Positions 51,925 through 62,125 of a DNA stretch of 64,000 nt are shown one piece after another. Source of the stretch: an uncultured Candidatus Rokubacteria bacterium. Its GTDB lineage: Bacteria; Methylomirabilota; Methylomirabilia; Rokubacteriales; CSP1-6. How positions within the stretch are numbered: position 1 is the first letter of the stretch; every line of letters begins with the position of its first letter. The position numbers and the translations under genes were made by a program. Below the pieces are notes generated by a model that was not told the DNA's origin, did not search any database, and worked only from the letters and a program-made list of their open reading frames with translations. The stretch is taken from NCBI GenBank assembly GCA_963789955.1, contig CAWBMV010000006.1, positions 352,001 through 416,000 of the forward strand. Reading direction: 5' to 3'.

Positions 51925-52416
51925 ATGAGCGACGCGAACGTGGACGCGCGGCTGGCCGCGCTCGAGTCCAGGCTCGGACGCCTCGAACAGCTTCTGGCGA
52001 CCGTGAACGACAAGCTCGATCGGGCCGCGCCGGGTGTCGACGAGGCGCGTCGCGGGATCCAGGCCTGGGTGACCGAGTACGTGTCGCTGCGCCTGCAGCA
52101 GCTGGTCCCCGAGACGTGCGAGCATCCCGAGCGCGAGGCCGACGAGGCGCTCGTCGCCGAGGGACCCGTGCTGCCCGGCACCCGCATCCGCTGCACGGAC
52201 GAGGTCATCCATCGGCTCGGCCGGATTCCGATTCCGTTCGTGCGGCAGATGGTGGCCGAGAAGGTCGCCGAGACCGCGCGCGCCGAGAAGGTCGGCGTGG
52301 TCGACGTACCCTTCTTCGAGCGCGCCGCCACCTTCTGACAGTGCAAGCTGTCGGGGGAGGATCTCCTGACGTTCGACCACTGGAAGGAGCACGTGCTCGG
52401 AGGACCGCGGCTGTAG
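51925..52416 (+). CDS. Coiled-coil plus PCP_red-like domain protein; candidate selenoprotein (TGA 52336-52338 read through to TAG at 52416)
   Basis: TDEVIHRLGRIPIPFVRQMVAEKVAETARAEKVGVVD resembles PCP_red; 25 further codons in frame with a SECIS-like hairpin. Confidence 0.6.
52339..52382 (+). promoter_or_regulatory. SECIS-like stem-loop
   Basis: Upper stem GUCGGGGGA/UCUCCUGAC with GGA loop starts 11 nt after UGA; lower CAGUG/CACUG pairing. Confidence 0.55.
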
Positions 52417-52694
52417 AGGACGAGCCTGTCCGCATCCCGATCGAGGATGCGCTGGATCTTCATGCCTTCGCGCCACGCGACGTGGCTTCGGTCGTCGCCG
52501 AGTACCTTGACGCCGCGCACGCCAAGGGGTTTGCCGAGGTTCGGCTGATCCACGGTCGCGGGATCGGCGTCCAGCGGAAGATCGTGCAGGGCGTGCTCGC
52601 GCGGCATCCCCTCGTCGCGGGCTACGCCGACGCGCCGCCCGAGCGCGGGGGCGCGGGCGCGACGATCGTTCGCCTCAAGCCTCGCGCGCGCTGA
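52413..52694 (+). CDS. Stand-alone Smr/MutS2 domain protein (start codon uncertain)
   Basis: IEDALDLHAF, LIHGRGIG, GGAGATIV. Confidence 0.85.
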   Translation, partial: VEDEPVRIPIEDALDLHAFAPRDVASVVAEYLDAAHAKGFAEVRLIHGRGIGVQRKIVQGVLARHPLVAGYADAPPERGGAGATIVRLKPRAR

Positions 52695-52714
52695 TCGCTC
52701 GCTCGGCGGAGCGC

Positions 52715-53491
52715 TCAGTCTCGGTCGGCGCGAATCAGGATCTGGCGGTCGTTGAAGGACACGACGGCGTCCCCCGCGAGCCGAAACTCGAAGGCGGCCC
52801 GGCAGCGCTCGGGTGCCCGGCGCACGAAGTCCTCGAGATCGCGCCGCGCCTCGGCCGACATGCGCATCCGGCCGGTCCACTCGTTCCATTCGCGGAGCTT
52901 CCAGATGAGCGAGTCCTCGATGACGGTCAGGCCCGCCGCGCGCAGGAACGCTTTCCACTGCGCGGCCCGGTAGCTGCGCACGTGAGACGGATCGCGGCGC
53001 TTCTCGACCTCGAGAATGAACGCGTTGGCGTCCGCGTCGTCGTGGCCGAGGATGTCCTGCAGCAACAACGAGCCGCCCGGCCGAAGGACGCGGTGGATCT
53101 GACGGACCGCGGCCGCGACGTCGGCGAAATGATGCGCCGCCGTCCGGCAGGTGACGACGTCGAAGGACTCGTCCCGGAAGGGGAGCGCGTCGGCATCCCC
53201 CGCGACGAACTCGATGTTGGCCGCGTTGCGCGTTCGCGCGTGCGTGCGCGCCGCTGTCAGCATCGGCTCGGTGAGGTCGTAGGCGACGACGCGGCGCACG
53301 ATGCCCGCGAAGGCGAGCGCGGTGTGACCGCCGCCGGTCGCGACGTCGAGCACCCGATCGGCACGGCGCGCGGCGCCCCAGGCCAGCAGCCGGTCGAGAT
53401 CTTCGCCGGCCGCGTGCAGGGGACTCGTCACGTACGCCGCCGCGCTGGCGCCGAACTGCGCCTGGACGCGACGCGCCTGCTCCTCGCTCAT
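52715..53491 (-). CDS. Class I SAM-dependent methyltransferase
   Basis: VLDVATGGGH, LPFRDESFD, AAHHF, RDPSHVR. Confidence 0.9.
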   Translation of the reverse strand: MSEEQARRVQAQFGASAAAYVTSPLHAAGEDLDRLLAWGAARRADRVLDVATGGGHTALAFAGIVRRVVAYDLTEPMLTAARTHARTRNAANIEFVAGDADALPFRDESFDVVTCRTAAHHFADVAAAVRQIHRVLRPGGSLLLQDILGHDDADANAFILEVEKRRDPSHVRSYRAAQWKAFLRAAGLTVIEDSLIWKLREWNEWTGRMRMSAEARRDLEDFVRRAPERCRAAFEFRLAGDAVVSFNDRQILIRADRD

Positions 53492-53667
53492 GTCTTCGGC
53501 GTTCGCTCCGCGAGGTGACGGAACAGGAAGTCGCTGTCGAGCGGGGAGAGATCGAAGCGCCGCGACGCTTCGTCGACGAGCTTCACCCGGTTCACCCCGG
53601 GATTGTCGTGGAGCTGCTCCTCGATCCACTTCACGGCCTGCTTGATCGGCGCTTCGCCTGCCGCCAT
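53488..53667 (-). CDS. Small hypothetical helical protein
   Basis: IKQAVKWIEE...LVDEASRRFDLSPLDSDFL; SD present; ATGA overlap with methyltransferase. Confidence 0.7.
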   Translation of the reverse strand: MAAGEAPIKQAVKWIEEQLHDNPGVNRVKLVDEASRRFDLSPLDSDFLFRHLAERTPKT

Positions 53668-53761
53668 GCCATCCCCCTCGTTCGAGGCTCGTCCGCCGTG
53701 CGCGCCCGCGTCGTGGGCCATTGTACTCGGGCCCCGGCCGCAGGGTTTCGCCGGCCGGAAA

Positions 53762-53818
53762 TGGCCTGACGGAATCAGGCCAATTGGCCCTTGACCAAAA
53801 CTTGGATCGGGCCAAAAT
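53762..53818 (+). promoter_or_regulatory. Promoter and repeat array for MocR/PdxR regulator
   Basis: TGGCCTGA-N5-TCAGGCCA; repeats GGCCAA/GACCAA/GGCCAA; TTGACC-16-CAAAAT. Confidence 0.55.
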
Positions 53819-53837
53819 GGCTTGGCGGACGGGGACC

Positions 53838-55367
53838 ATGAACATCCCACTCGATCGCGACAAACCAACGGCGCTGCCGCGCCAGATCCAGGCGCACCTG
53901 GAGCGCCTCATCCACGAGCGGCTCCTGACGCCCGGCATGAAGCTGCCGGCCACCCGCGAGCTCGCCCGGCAGCTCGGCGTCAACCGCGGCACGGTGGCCC
54001 TCGCCTACGAGGAGCTGGTCGCGACCGGGTGGGCGCGCGCGCACGTGGGGCAGGGCACCTTCGTCGCCGAGCGCCCGACCAACGGCGCCGCGCCGATCGT
54101 CTCGGCCGCCGCGGCGCCGATCGCGCTCGATTGGTCCGGCCTCTTCTCGCGCAGCGCGCAGATCCTGGGGGCCGACGACGAGCGCTCGCGTGCGGTGACG
54201 CCCATCCCGTCGAGCGGCGCGGTCGTGTCCTTCGCGGGCGGGATGCCGGACAGCGGACTGTTCCCGACCGACGCCTTCCGCCGCGTGCTGAACCAGGTGA
54301 TTCGCGACGAAGGGCCCGCGCTCCTGCAGTACTATCCGGCCGGCGGCTATCCGCCGCTTCGTCGGTATCTCTCGACCTATCTGCTGCGGTTCGGCCTCGA
54401 GGCGCGCCCCGAGGAGATCCTGATCGTCAACGGCTCGCAGCAGGGGTTCGACCTGATCGCGCGCACCTTGATCGATCCCGGCGACTTCGTGGCGATCGAG
54501 CAGCCGACGTACCCGCGCGCGATGCAGGTCTTCCGATCGTTCGGCGCCCAGCTGCTGAGCGTGCCGTGGGACGGTTCCGGGCCGCGCGCCGACGTGTTCG
54601 AGCGGTTGCTGGAACGCCATACGCCGAAGCTCTTCTATTGCCAGCCGAGCGCTCACAATCCGACCGGGCTCGCGGTGGCGCCCGAGACCGCACGGCGGCT
54701 GCTCGACGCCGCGGCCCGCCACCAGGTGCCCATCGTCGAGGACGGGTTCGATGGCAGCCTGTTCTACGGCGAGGGGCCGACATTGCCGCTCAAGGCGGTC
54801 GACCGCGGCGGGGTCGTCATCTACATCGGGACGTTCTCGAAGATTCTGTTCCCGGGGCTGCGGCTCGGCTGGCTCGTCGGACCTCCGCCGATCCTCGAGC
54901 GGCTCCAGGCGGCGAAGCAGCTCGCCGATCTGCATACGAGTGCGCTCATCCAGGCGGCGGTCCATCGCTTCTGCGAGCGCAAGCTCCTCGATCGTCACGC
55001 CACGCGCGTCGCGACCGAGTATGCGCGGCGGCGCTCGCTGCTCTTGGCGGCGCTGCGACGGCGCATGCCGCCGGAAGTCACGTGGACGGAGCCCCGGGGA
55101 GGCTTCTCGCTGCTGCTCACGCTGCCGACCGGCATGGACGCAACGACGTTGCTGCCGCAGGCGATCGAGCGGGGCGTCGCCTTCACGCCCGGCGCGCCCT
55201 TCTTTGTGGACGGCGGCGGCCAGCGTACCCTGCGGCTCTCGTTTTCGTCGGTGGCGGCGGGCCGCATCGAGCGAGGGCATCCGGCGCCTCGCCGAAACGA
55301 TCAAGGCCGCGCGCAGCCGGCTTCGGGCCGGGAACGAGTGGAGCGCGGAGCGGTACCAGTCGTATAG
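53838..55367 (+). CDS. MocR/PdxR-family PLP-dependent regulator, C-terminal indels likely
   Basis: Gnt[12 protein letters not shown]...VNRGTV...[20 protein letters not shown]; lies upstream of pdxST. Confidence 0.9.
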   Translation: MNIPLDRDKPTALPRQIQAHLERLIHERLLTPGMKLPATRELARQLGVNRGTVALAYEELVATGWARAHVGQGTFVAERPTNGAAPIVSAAAAPIALDWSGLFSRSAQILGADDERSRAVTPIPSSGAVVSFAGGMPDSGLFPTDAFRRVLNQVIRDEGPALLQYYPAGGYPPLRRYLSTYLLRFGLEARPEEILIVNGSQQGFDLIARTLIDPGDFVAIEQPTYPRAMQVFRSFGAQLLSVPWDGSGPRADVFERLLERHTPKLFYCQPSAHNPTGLAVAPETARRLLDAAARHQVPIVEDGFDGSLFYGEGPTLPLKAVDRGGVVIYIGTFSKILFPGLRLGWLVGPPPILERLQAAKQLADLHTSALIQAAVHRFCERKLLDRHATRVATEYARRRSLLLAALRRRMPPEVTWTEPRGGFSLLLTLPTGMDATTLLPQAIERGVAFTPGAPFFVDGGGQRTLRLSFSSVAAGRIERGHPAPRRNDQGRAQPASGRERVERGAVPVV

Positions 55368-55387
55368 CGACAACAAGGAGAGATGAC

Positions 55388-56284
55388 ATGGCGGACCTGA
55401 ACGGATTGCGAATCGCTGACCGGAAGCACATCGGCCTCGCCGAGATGCTCAAGGGCGGGGTCATCATGGACGTCACCAACGCCGAGCAGGCGAAGATCGC
55501 CGAGGACGCCGGCGCGGCGTCGGTCATGGCGCTCGAGCGCGTGCCCTCCGACATCCGCCGGGACGGCGGGGTCGCGCGGATGTCGCCGGTGAAAAAGATC
55601 CAGGAGATCCAGAAGGCGGTGACGATCCCGGTGATGGCGAAGGCGCGGATCGGCCATTTCGTCGAGGCGCAGATTCTCGAAGCCCTCGCCGTCGACTACA
55701 TCGACGAGTCCGAGGTGCTGACGCCGGCCGACGAGCACTTCCACATCGACAAGTTCGCCTTCCGCATCCCGTTCGTGTGCGGCTGCCGCGATCTCGGCGA
55801 GGCGCTCCGGCGCATCGGTGAGGGCGCGGCGATGATCCGCACCAAGGGCGAGGCCGGCTCGGGCAACATCGTCGAGGCCGTTCGCCACATGCGCGCGGTC
55901 ATCTCCGGCATGCGGCGCCTCACCACGCTGGGCCCCGAAGAGCTGATGACCGAGGCCAAGAACCTCGGCGCGCCGTACGACCTCGTGCGCTGGGTGGCGA
56001 AGGCCGGCAAGCTCCCGGTGCCGAACTTCTCCGCGGGCGGCATCGCGACCCCCGCCGACGCCGCGCTCATGATGCAGCTCGGGGCGGAGGCCGTCTTCGT
56101 CGGCTCCGGGATCTTCAAGTCGAGCGACCCGGCCAAGCGCGCCAAGGCCATCGTGCAGGCCACGACGCACTTCAAGGACCCGGACGTGCTCGCGCGCGTG
56201 AGCGAGGATCTCGGCGACGCCATGGTCGGCATCGAGATCTCGAAGATGGCCGAGAAGGATCTCATGCAGACACGGGGCTGGTAG
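55388..56284 (+). CDS. pdxS: PLP synthase lyase subunit
   Basis: [39 protein letters not shown] end. Confidence 0.97.
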   Translation: MADLNGLRIADRKHIGLAEMLKGGVIMDVTNAEQAKIAEDAGAASVMALERVPSDIRRDGGVARMSPVKKIQEIQKAVTIPVMAKARIGHFVEAQILEALAVDYIDESEVLTPADEHFHIDKFAFRIPFVCGCRDLGEALRRIGEGAAMIRTKGEAGSGNIVEAVRHMRAVISGMRRLTTLGPEELMTEAKNLGAPYDLVRWVAKAGKLPVPNFSAGGIATPADAALMMQLGAEAVFVGSGIFKSSDPAKRAKAIVQATTHFKDPDVLARVSEDLGDAMVGIEISKMAEKDLMQTRGW

Positions 56285-56306
56285 GCCCGCCTCGAATACA
56301 CGGGCC

Positions 56307-56894
56307 ATGCGGATCGGGGTGCTCGCCCTCCAGGGTGACTTCGGGCTTCACGCCCGGGCGCTCGAGAAGTGCGGGGTGGAGGCGGTCGAGGTGCGCAAGC
56401 CGCTCGAGCTCGACGAGGTCGATGGCCTCGTCATGCCGGGCGGCGAGTCCACGACCCTGCTCAAGCTCATGGACGCGTGGGATTTCGTGCCGGCCCTCGA
56501 GAAATTCCACAGCGAGGGCAAGCCGATCTTCGGAACGTGCGCGGGACTCATCATCCTGGCGCGCGAGGTCGAGAGCCCGAAGCAGTTCTCGCTCGGGCTC
56601 ATCGACGTCACCGTCGAGCGCAATGCCTACGGCCGCCAGCGCGAGTCGTTCGAGGCGCACGGGACGGCAACGCTCGACGGCCAGACGATTCCGCTCGAGA
56701 TGTTTTTCATTCGAGCACCCCGGATCCGGCGGGTGGGACCCGGGGTCGAGGTGCTGGCCGAGCATGGCGGCGAGCCGGTCATGGCCCGTCAGGATCGGGT
56801 GCTGGTCGCGACGTTTCACCCGGAGCTCACCGACAAGACGACGGTGCACCAGTACTTCTGTGACCTGGTGCGCCGGTCCCGGACCGCGACATGA
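56307..56894 (+). CDS. pdxT: PLP synthase glutaminase subunit
   Basis: GVLALQG, PGGESTT, GTCAG, RNAYGRQ, FIRAP, FHPEL. Confidence 0.97.
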   Translation: MRIGVLALQGDFGLHARALEKCGVEAVEVRKPLELDEVDGLVMPGGESTTLLKLMDAWDFVPALEKFHSEGKPIFGTCAGLIILAREVESPKQFSLGLIDVTVERNAYGRQRESFEAHGTATLDGQTIPLEMFFIRAPRIRRVGPGVEVLAEHGGEPVMARQDRVLVATFHPELTDKTTVHQYFCDLVRRSRTAT

Positions 56895-57514
56895 TCTTTC
56901 ACGATTACTACTCGGACATCCCGCGCGACGACGTCGACCGGCTCGTGCAGTCGCAGGAGCTGGCGCGGCTCGTCACCGTCGGTGACGACGCGATGCCGCA
57001 CGTGGGTCTGTATCCGTTCGTCTACGACGGGAAAACCCTCGATTTGCATCTTGTGAGATCCGACGAGCAGATCAAGGACTTGAAGGCTCGGCCACGCTGC
57101 GTGCTCGAAGTCGACGAGGTCCTGGCGGTGATCCCGTCGTACTGGGTGCACCCGGAGTACGCGGGTGCGGCGACGGCGTACCACCGAACCGTGATCTTCG
57201 AGTGCGAGGCCAGGGTCGAGGAAGACCCCGAGGCCGTCGCGGCCCAGCAGCAGCGGCTGCTCGCTCGATACCAGCCCGAAGGCGGCTTCAGGCCGCTCGA
57301 CCCGAACAATCCCCTCTATCGCGGGGCCATGGCGCAGCTCGCCGCCGTGACCTTGCAGATCAACCGCTGGCGCGCGAAGTTCAAACTGGGGCAAAATCGC
57401 CCCGTCGAGGCGCGGCGGCAGGTCATCGCCGAGCTGCGCAAGCGAGGGCGCCCGAATGACGGGCGCGCCGCGGACGCGCTCCAGTGGACGATCGACGCTC
57501 GCGCCGAGCGGTAG
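56891..57514 (+). CDS. PaiB-like FMN-binding split-barrel protein
   Basis: IPSYW, KFKLGQNR. Confidence 0.7.
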   Translation: MIFHDYYSDIPRDDVDRLVQSQELARLVTVGDDAMPHVGLYPFVYDGKTLDLHLVRSDEQIKDLKARPRCVLEVDEVLAVIPSYWVHPEYAGAATAYHRTVIFECEARVEEDPEAVAAQQQRLLARYQPEGGFRPLDPNNPLYRGAMAQLAAVTLQINRWRAKFKLGQNRPVEARRQVIAELRKRGRPNDGRAADALQWTIDARAER

Positions 57515-57544
57515 TCGGCGCGCTCAGGCCCGGAGGATGACGCG

Positions 57545-58336
57545 ATGAAAATCACGGCGAACGGCATCTCGATGAACTACACCCTGGATGGTCCGGCCAA
57601 CGCGCCGGTCGTCACGTTGAGCCACTCGCTCGCGACGACTCTGGCGATGTGGGAGCCCCAGCTGAAGGCGCTCACCGCGCGCTGGCGAGTGCTCGCCTAC
57701 GACACGCGCGGCCATGGCGGGACCGACGCGCCCAAGGGCGGATACTCGCTCGAGCAGCTCGCCGACGACGCGCAGGCGCTCCTGCGCGCGCTCGGAATCC
57801 AGCGCACGCACTGGGTCGGCCTCTCCATGGGCGGCATGATCGGCCAGACCCTGGCCCTCAAGGCGCCCGAGCTCTTCACGAGCCTCTCGCTCTGCGACAC
57901 GTCGAGCCGGGTTCCCCCGGAGGCGAAGCCCTTGTGGGACGAGCGCATCCACACCGCCGAGACGAAGGGGATGGAGCCGCTCGTCGAGCCGACCCTGTCC
58001 CGGTGGTTCACCGCGCCCTTCAAGGAGCGCGGCGGCGCGGTGGTCGAGACCGTTCGCGGGATGATCCGCTCGACGCCGCCGGCGGGCTATATCGGCTGCT
58101 GCCAGGCGATCTCGGGTCTCAACCTCACCGATCGCATCGGCGCCATCAGGGTGCCGACCTTGATCATCGTCGGCGAGGAGGACCAGGGCACGCCGGTCGC
58201 CGCGTCGAAGGTCATGAACGAGAAGATCCACGGCTCGCAGCTGGTCATCCTGAAATCCGCCGCCCATCTGGCCAACATGGAGCAGCCGGAGGCGTTTACC
58301 AACGCCCTGACCGGCTTTCTGGGCAAGTCCGGCTAG
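57545..58336 (+). CDS. pcaD: 3-oxoadipate enol-lactonase-like alpha/beta hydrolase
   Basis: SHSL, YDTRGHG, GLSMGG, RWFT, AAHLAN. Confidence 0.75.
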   Translation: MKITANGISMNYTLDGPANAPVVTLSHSLATTLAMWEPQLKALTARWRVLAYDTRGHGGTDAPKGGYSLEQLADDAQALLRALGIQRTHWVGLSMGGMIGQTLALKAPELFTSLSLCDTSSRVPPEAKPLWDERIHTAETKGMEPLVEPTLSRWFTAPFKERGGAVVETVRGMIRSTPPAGYIGCCQAISGLNLTDRIGAIRVPTLIIVGEEDQGTPVAASKVMNEKIHGSQLVILKSAAHLANMEQPEAFTNALTGFLGKSG

Positions 58337-58393
58337 TCCCGGGACGCCCGTTTTCACGGGCGCCGGCCAGATTTGAGAATCCCGGAATTGTCA

Positions 58394-58439
58394 TCTTGAC
58401 AGGGTCAAGACCGGGTCGTAGTCTCTCTGGTCAGACCAG
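58394..58439 (+). promoter_or_regulatory. sigma70 promoter with GntR/FadR-type operator
   Basis: TTGACA-17-TAGTCT; CTGGTCAGACCAG at 58427-58439; TCTTGAC-N3-GTCAAGA over the -35 box. Confidence 0.75.
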
Positions 58440-58490
58440 CCGACCACGATGACAGCCACACGACGAAGCAGGCGAGCCTAGGAGGAACGC

Positions 58491-59699
58491 ATGTCAGCCC
58501 TGATCTGTGAAGTCGTCTATCGCGGTATCTACCAGAAAAACCTCGCCGCCCGGATCACCCGTGGCATCGTGCTCTCGGCCCGCAAGTCGGGCCGCTGGGG
58601 CATCGCGTTCGGCCGCTACGGCGACAGCCCGCAGCGGAACGGCATCCCCGCGAAGGACTTCGCGATCGTTGCCGACACCAAGGAAGAGCTCGAGCAGAAC
58701 ATGGCGCGCTACGAGCCCAAGCACGTCGACGTGACGGTCGCCGTCGACGACACGCTCTCGAAGGGCGTGGAATCGTGGGCGTGGTACGGGCTCCAGCCCA
58801 TCAATCGCCTGACGCAGCCGAACGGCACCCTGCTGATGACGTCGCTCCAGAGCTACGAGAGCCTCCTGAAGGACATCCACAAGAAGGACGCCCCCTACAA
58901 GCTGGCGCTCATCCGCGCCAAGGCGTCGTTCTCCGGGCTCTGGGTCTACCGCGAGGACCACACCGAGGTGCGGGTCCTCGGCGCGCTCGCGAAGATCGCC
59001 CCGTCGTTCCTGACCTTGCAGGGCGTCAGCGACGCGATCCGCGAGATCGAGTGGGGCTCCGACCTGAAGGTCAACTCGGCGAAGAAGGCGTACGAGCGCC
59101 TGGAGTTCCGCGAGGTCAAGATGACCGAGGGCAACTCCGAGATCCCGTACTCGTTCCAGATGCCGAAGTGGTGGGAGATGCGCGAGGGCGTGACGATCCC
59201 GGCGATCCCCGTGGGCAAGCCCAAGGAGGACGGCAAGGGGTACGTGCCCGAGCGGAATCCGTACTTCAAGAAGTTCACCACGCGGACGATGCGCCCGGTC
59301 GTCAACTTCGACACGTGCGTGAAGTGCACGCTCTGCTGGATCCAGTGCCCCGACTCCTGCTTCGACGTCATGCCCGACGGCACCTACGACGCCAACATGG
59401 AAGCGTGCTGCGGCTGCGGCGTGTGCGAAGCGGTGTGCCCCGTCGAGAACTGCATCACGATGGTCAACGAGTCGGTGTTCGAGGACAACGCGAGCCAGTG
59501 GGAGATGTGGCGCAAGGACAAGCCCGCGTATCAGACCTGGATGGCCGAGAAGATCGGCGACAAGAACGCGACCGTCCGCTCCCACGGCTTCCGGTTCCGC
59601 GGCCAGTACGAGAAGGAGCTCGAGAAGAACTTCGAGGACGGCGGAACCGAGATCATCGCCGGCATCCCCGGCGAGAACGCGCAGCACAAGGAGGGTTAG
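58491..59699 (+). CDS. 2-oxoacid:ferredoxin oxidoreductase gamma/delta fusion subunit
   Basis: RYGDSPQRNG gamma-type region; CVKCTLCWIQCP and CCGCGVCEAVCP. Confidence 0.85.
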   Translation: MSALICEVVYRGIYQKNLAARITRGIVLSARKSGRWGIAFGRYGDSPQRNGIPAKDFAIVADTKEELEQNMARYEPKHVDVTVAVDDTLSKGVESWAWYGLQPINRLTQPNGTLLMTSLQSYESLLKDIHKKDAPYKLALIRAKASFSGLWVYREDHTEVRVLGALAKIAPSFLTLQGVSDAIREIEWGSDLKVNSAKKAYERLEFREVKMTEGNSEIPYSFQMPKWWEMREGVTIPAIPVGKPKEDGKGYVPERNPYFKKFTTRTMRPVVNFDTCVKCTLCWIQCPDSCFDVMPDGTYDANMEACCGCGVCEAVCPVENCITMVNESVFEDNASQWEMWRKDKPAYQTWMAEKIGDKNATVRSHGFRFRGQYEKELEKNFEDGGTEIIAGIPGENAQHKEG

Positions 59700-59703
59700 C
59701 ACC

Positions 59704-60936
59704 ATGGCGGTTGTCACCCCGGCGGCCCCGGCCGCGACCGAAGAGGACAAGGAGCTCCTGATCTCCGGGAGCGAGGCCGTCGCCGAGGCGCTCACCCTCG
59801 CCGACCTGGACGTCGTCACCGCGTATCCGATCCGGCCGTACGACACCGTCATGCAGGCGATCGCCAAGAAGATCTCGGGCGGCCAGCTGGTGGCCGAGTA
59901 CATCGTCGCCGAGGGCGAGCACAGCCAGTTCGAGATCGTCAAGCACGCCTCGACCGTCGGCGCGCGCGTCTTCTGCGGCTCGTCCGGCGTCGGCTGGATG
60001 TACGCGATGGAGTGCCTCGTGGTCACGCCGCCGCTGCGCGTGCCGATGGTGGCCCTCGTCGGCAACCGCGCCCTCGACGATCCGGGCGCGTTCGGCGTCG
60101 AGCACAACGACGCGCTGGTGGTCCGCGACGTCGGCTGGCTGCTCTGCTGGATCGACACCTCGCAAGAGGCGCTCGACACCACCTTGATCGCCTACCGCGT
60201 CGCCGAGGACCGCCGCGTGTTCCTGCCGCTGGCCATCTCGGCGGACGGCGCGTTCCTCACGCACTCCCAGGCGCTGACGATGGTGCCGCCGAAGTCGAAG
60301 GTCGACCGGTTCCTGCCGCGCTACGACCGCGGCGATCTGCTGCTGCACCCGGACAACCCGATCACGGTCGCGCCCCAGGCGAACGAGGACTGGGTCATCG
60401 AGATCCGCCGCCAGAACAACGAGGCGATGGCCCGCGCCGTCACCGTGATCGAAGAGGCGTACGCCGACTTCCGGCGTGTCTTCGGCCGCGGTCCGGAGAA
60501 TCCGTGGTTCGAGGAATACATGACCGATGACGCCGACATCATCCTGGTCGGCATGGGGACGATCTCGCTGCCGATCAAGGTCGCGATCCGCGAGCTCCGC
60601 GCCAAGGGCAAGAAGGTCGGCCTGGTGCGGCTGCGCTGGTTCCGGCCGTTCCCGACCGAGAAGCTCGTCGCCGCGCTGTCCAAGGCGAAAGCGCTCGGCA
60701 TCATCGACCGCGACTACTCGTTCGGCTCGCCGTTCGGCTCGGGGGTGGTCGCCAACGAGATCCGTGCGGCACTGTACAATGCCGAGAAGAGACCGCCGCT
60801 CCTGTCGTTCATCTGCGGGCTGGGTGGCCGCGAGGTCACGCTCGAGGACGTCTACAAGGCGACGGACCAGTGCTACGCGGCCGCGGCGTCCGGGAAGTCC
60901 GACTCCAAGACCCACTGGCTGGGCGTGCGGGAATAG
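59704..60936 (+). CDS. 2-oxoacid:ferredoxin oxidoreductase alpha subunit, oxalate oxidoreductase-like
   Basis: AYPIRPY, EGEH, GSSGVG, NRALDDPGAFGVEHND. Confidence 0.9.
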   Translation: MAVVTPAAPAATEEDKELLISGSEAVAEALTLADLDVVTAYPIRPYDTVMQAIAKKISGGQLVAEYIVAEGEHSQFEIVKHASTVGARVFCGSSGVGWMYAMECLVVTPPLRVPMVALVGNRALDDPGAFGVEHNDALVVRDVGWLLCWIDTSQEALDTTLIAYRVAEDRRVFLPLAISADGAFLTHSQALTMVPPKSKVDRFLPRYDRGDLLLHPDNPITVAPQANEDWVIEIRRQNNEAMARAVTVIEEAYADFRRVFGRGPENPWFEEYMTDDADIILVGMGTISLPIKVAIRELRAKGKKVGLVRLRWFRPFPTEKLVAALSKAKALGIIDRDYSFGSPFGSGVVANEIRAALYNAEKRPPLLSFICGLGGREVTLEDVYKATDQCYAAAASGKSDSKTHWLGVRE

Positions 60937-60947
60937 GAGAAGCCACC

Positions 60948-61979
60948 ATGGCCGAGACGACGACGTTCCGTAATGCGACGCAGATCCTCGAGCCCTTCCG
61001 CGGGGTCAAGCGGGTGACGATCGAGGAGTACTTCACCTCCGGGCACCGGACGTGCCAGGGGTGCGAGTCGGCGCTGGTCATGAAGCTCATGGTCAAGGCG
61101 TCCGGGCCGCGCACCATCGTGCTCGGCTCGACCGGCTGCATGTACGTCGCCAACACGACCTATTACACGACGCCCTGGGTGGTGCCGTGGATGCACACGC
61201 AGCTGGGATCCTCCGGGTCGGCGGCGCTCGGCACGGCGGCCGGGCTGAAGGCCCTCATGAAGAAGGGCAAGATGAAATCGGAGCCGATCAACGTCATCGC
61301 CTTCTGCGGCGACGGCGGCGGCGCCGACATGGGCCTCGGCGCGATTTCGGCGACCCTGACCCACAAGGAGTACAACTCGCTGATCCTGCTCTACGACAAC
61401 GAGTCGTACGCCAACACCGACATCCAGCTCTCCGGGATGACGCCGTACGGCGCCAACACCACGTTCAGCCCGCCCGGCAAGGTGATTCGCAACATCCACA
61501 CCCGGTGGAAGAAGAACATGGCGGGCCTGATGGCGGCGGGCCATCCGGAGTGCCGCTACGTGGCGACCGTCTGCGCCTCGTACGCCGTGGAGATGATGAA
61601 CAAGGTACGGCGCGCGCTGACGATCGGCGGCCCGACGTTCATCCACTCGCTCGACCCGTGCCCGAAGGGCTGGGACTACGATCCGATGCTGTCGCACGAG
61701 CTGGGCGAGCTGGCCATCGAGACCGGCATCTTCCCGCTGTACGAGGTCGAAGACGGCCAGGTGAAGTACTACGGCAAGACGAAGGCGATCGTCGAGGGCC
61801 GGGCGCGCAAGCCGGTGCGGGAATACCTCCTCAAGCAGGGCCGGTTCGCGCATTTCACCGAAGAGGATCTCGACTACTTCCAGGCCAAGGTCGACGAGCA
61901 GTGGGAGAAATGGGAGATTCCGGCCGTCGTGCCGTTCCGTCGCCTCGACGCGACGCGCGCGGCGCTGTCGGCGAAGTAA
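60948..61979 (+). CDS. 2-oxoacid:ferredoxin oxidoreductase beta (TPP) subunit
   Basis: GHRTCQGC, TGC, GDGG...YDNESYANT, PCPKGW. Confidence 0.9.
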   Translation: MAETTTFRNATQILEPFRGVKRVTIEEYFTSGHRTCQGCESALVMKLMVKASGPRTIVLGSTGCMYVANTTYYTTPWVVPWMHTQLGSSGSAALGTAAGLKALMKKGKMKSEPINVIAFCGDGGGADMGLGAISATLTHKEYNSLILLYDNESYANTDIQLSGMTPYGANTTFSPPGKVIRNIHTRWKKNMAGLMAAGHPECRYVATVCASYAVEMMNKVRRALTIGGPTFIHSLDPCPKGWDYDPMLSHELGELAIETGIFPLYEVEDGQVKYYGKTKAIVEGRARKPVREYLLKQGRFAHFTEEDLDYFQAKVDEQWEKWEIPAVVPFRRLDATRAALSAK

Positions 61980-62023
61980 TCGCCGAATCGCCCTTGGCTC
62001 CGCCTCGCCAGCCTTAGCAGGGT

Positions 62024-62060
62024 AGGGCCGGGTTCCCGTGAAACGGGACCCGGCCCTTTC
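62024..62060 (+). terminator. Intrinsic terminator-like hairpin
   Basis: AGGGCCGGGtTCCCGT-gaa-ACGGGACCCGGCCCT followed by a short T run. Confidence 0.6.
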
Positions 62061-62125
62061 GTGTTCTATAGGCGTCTACCTACGACATCGGCCTCGGGGC
62101 CTGACCTCGAGCAAAGGAGCGAGCG

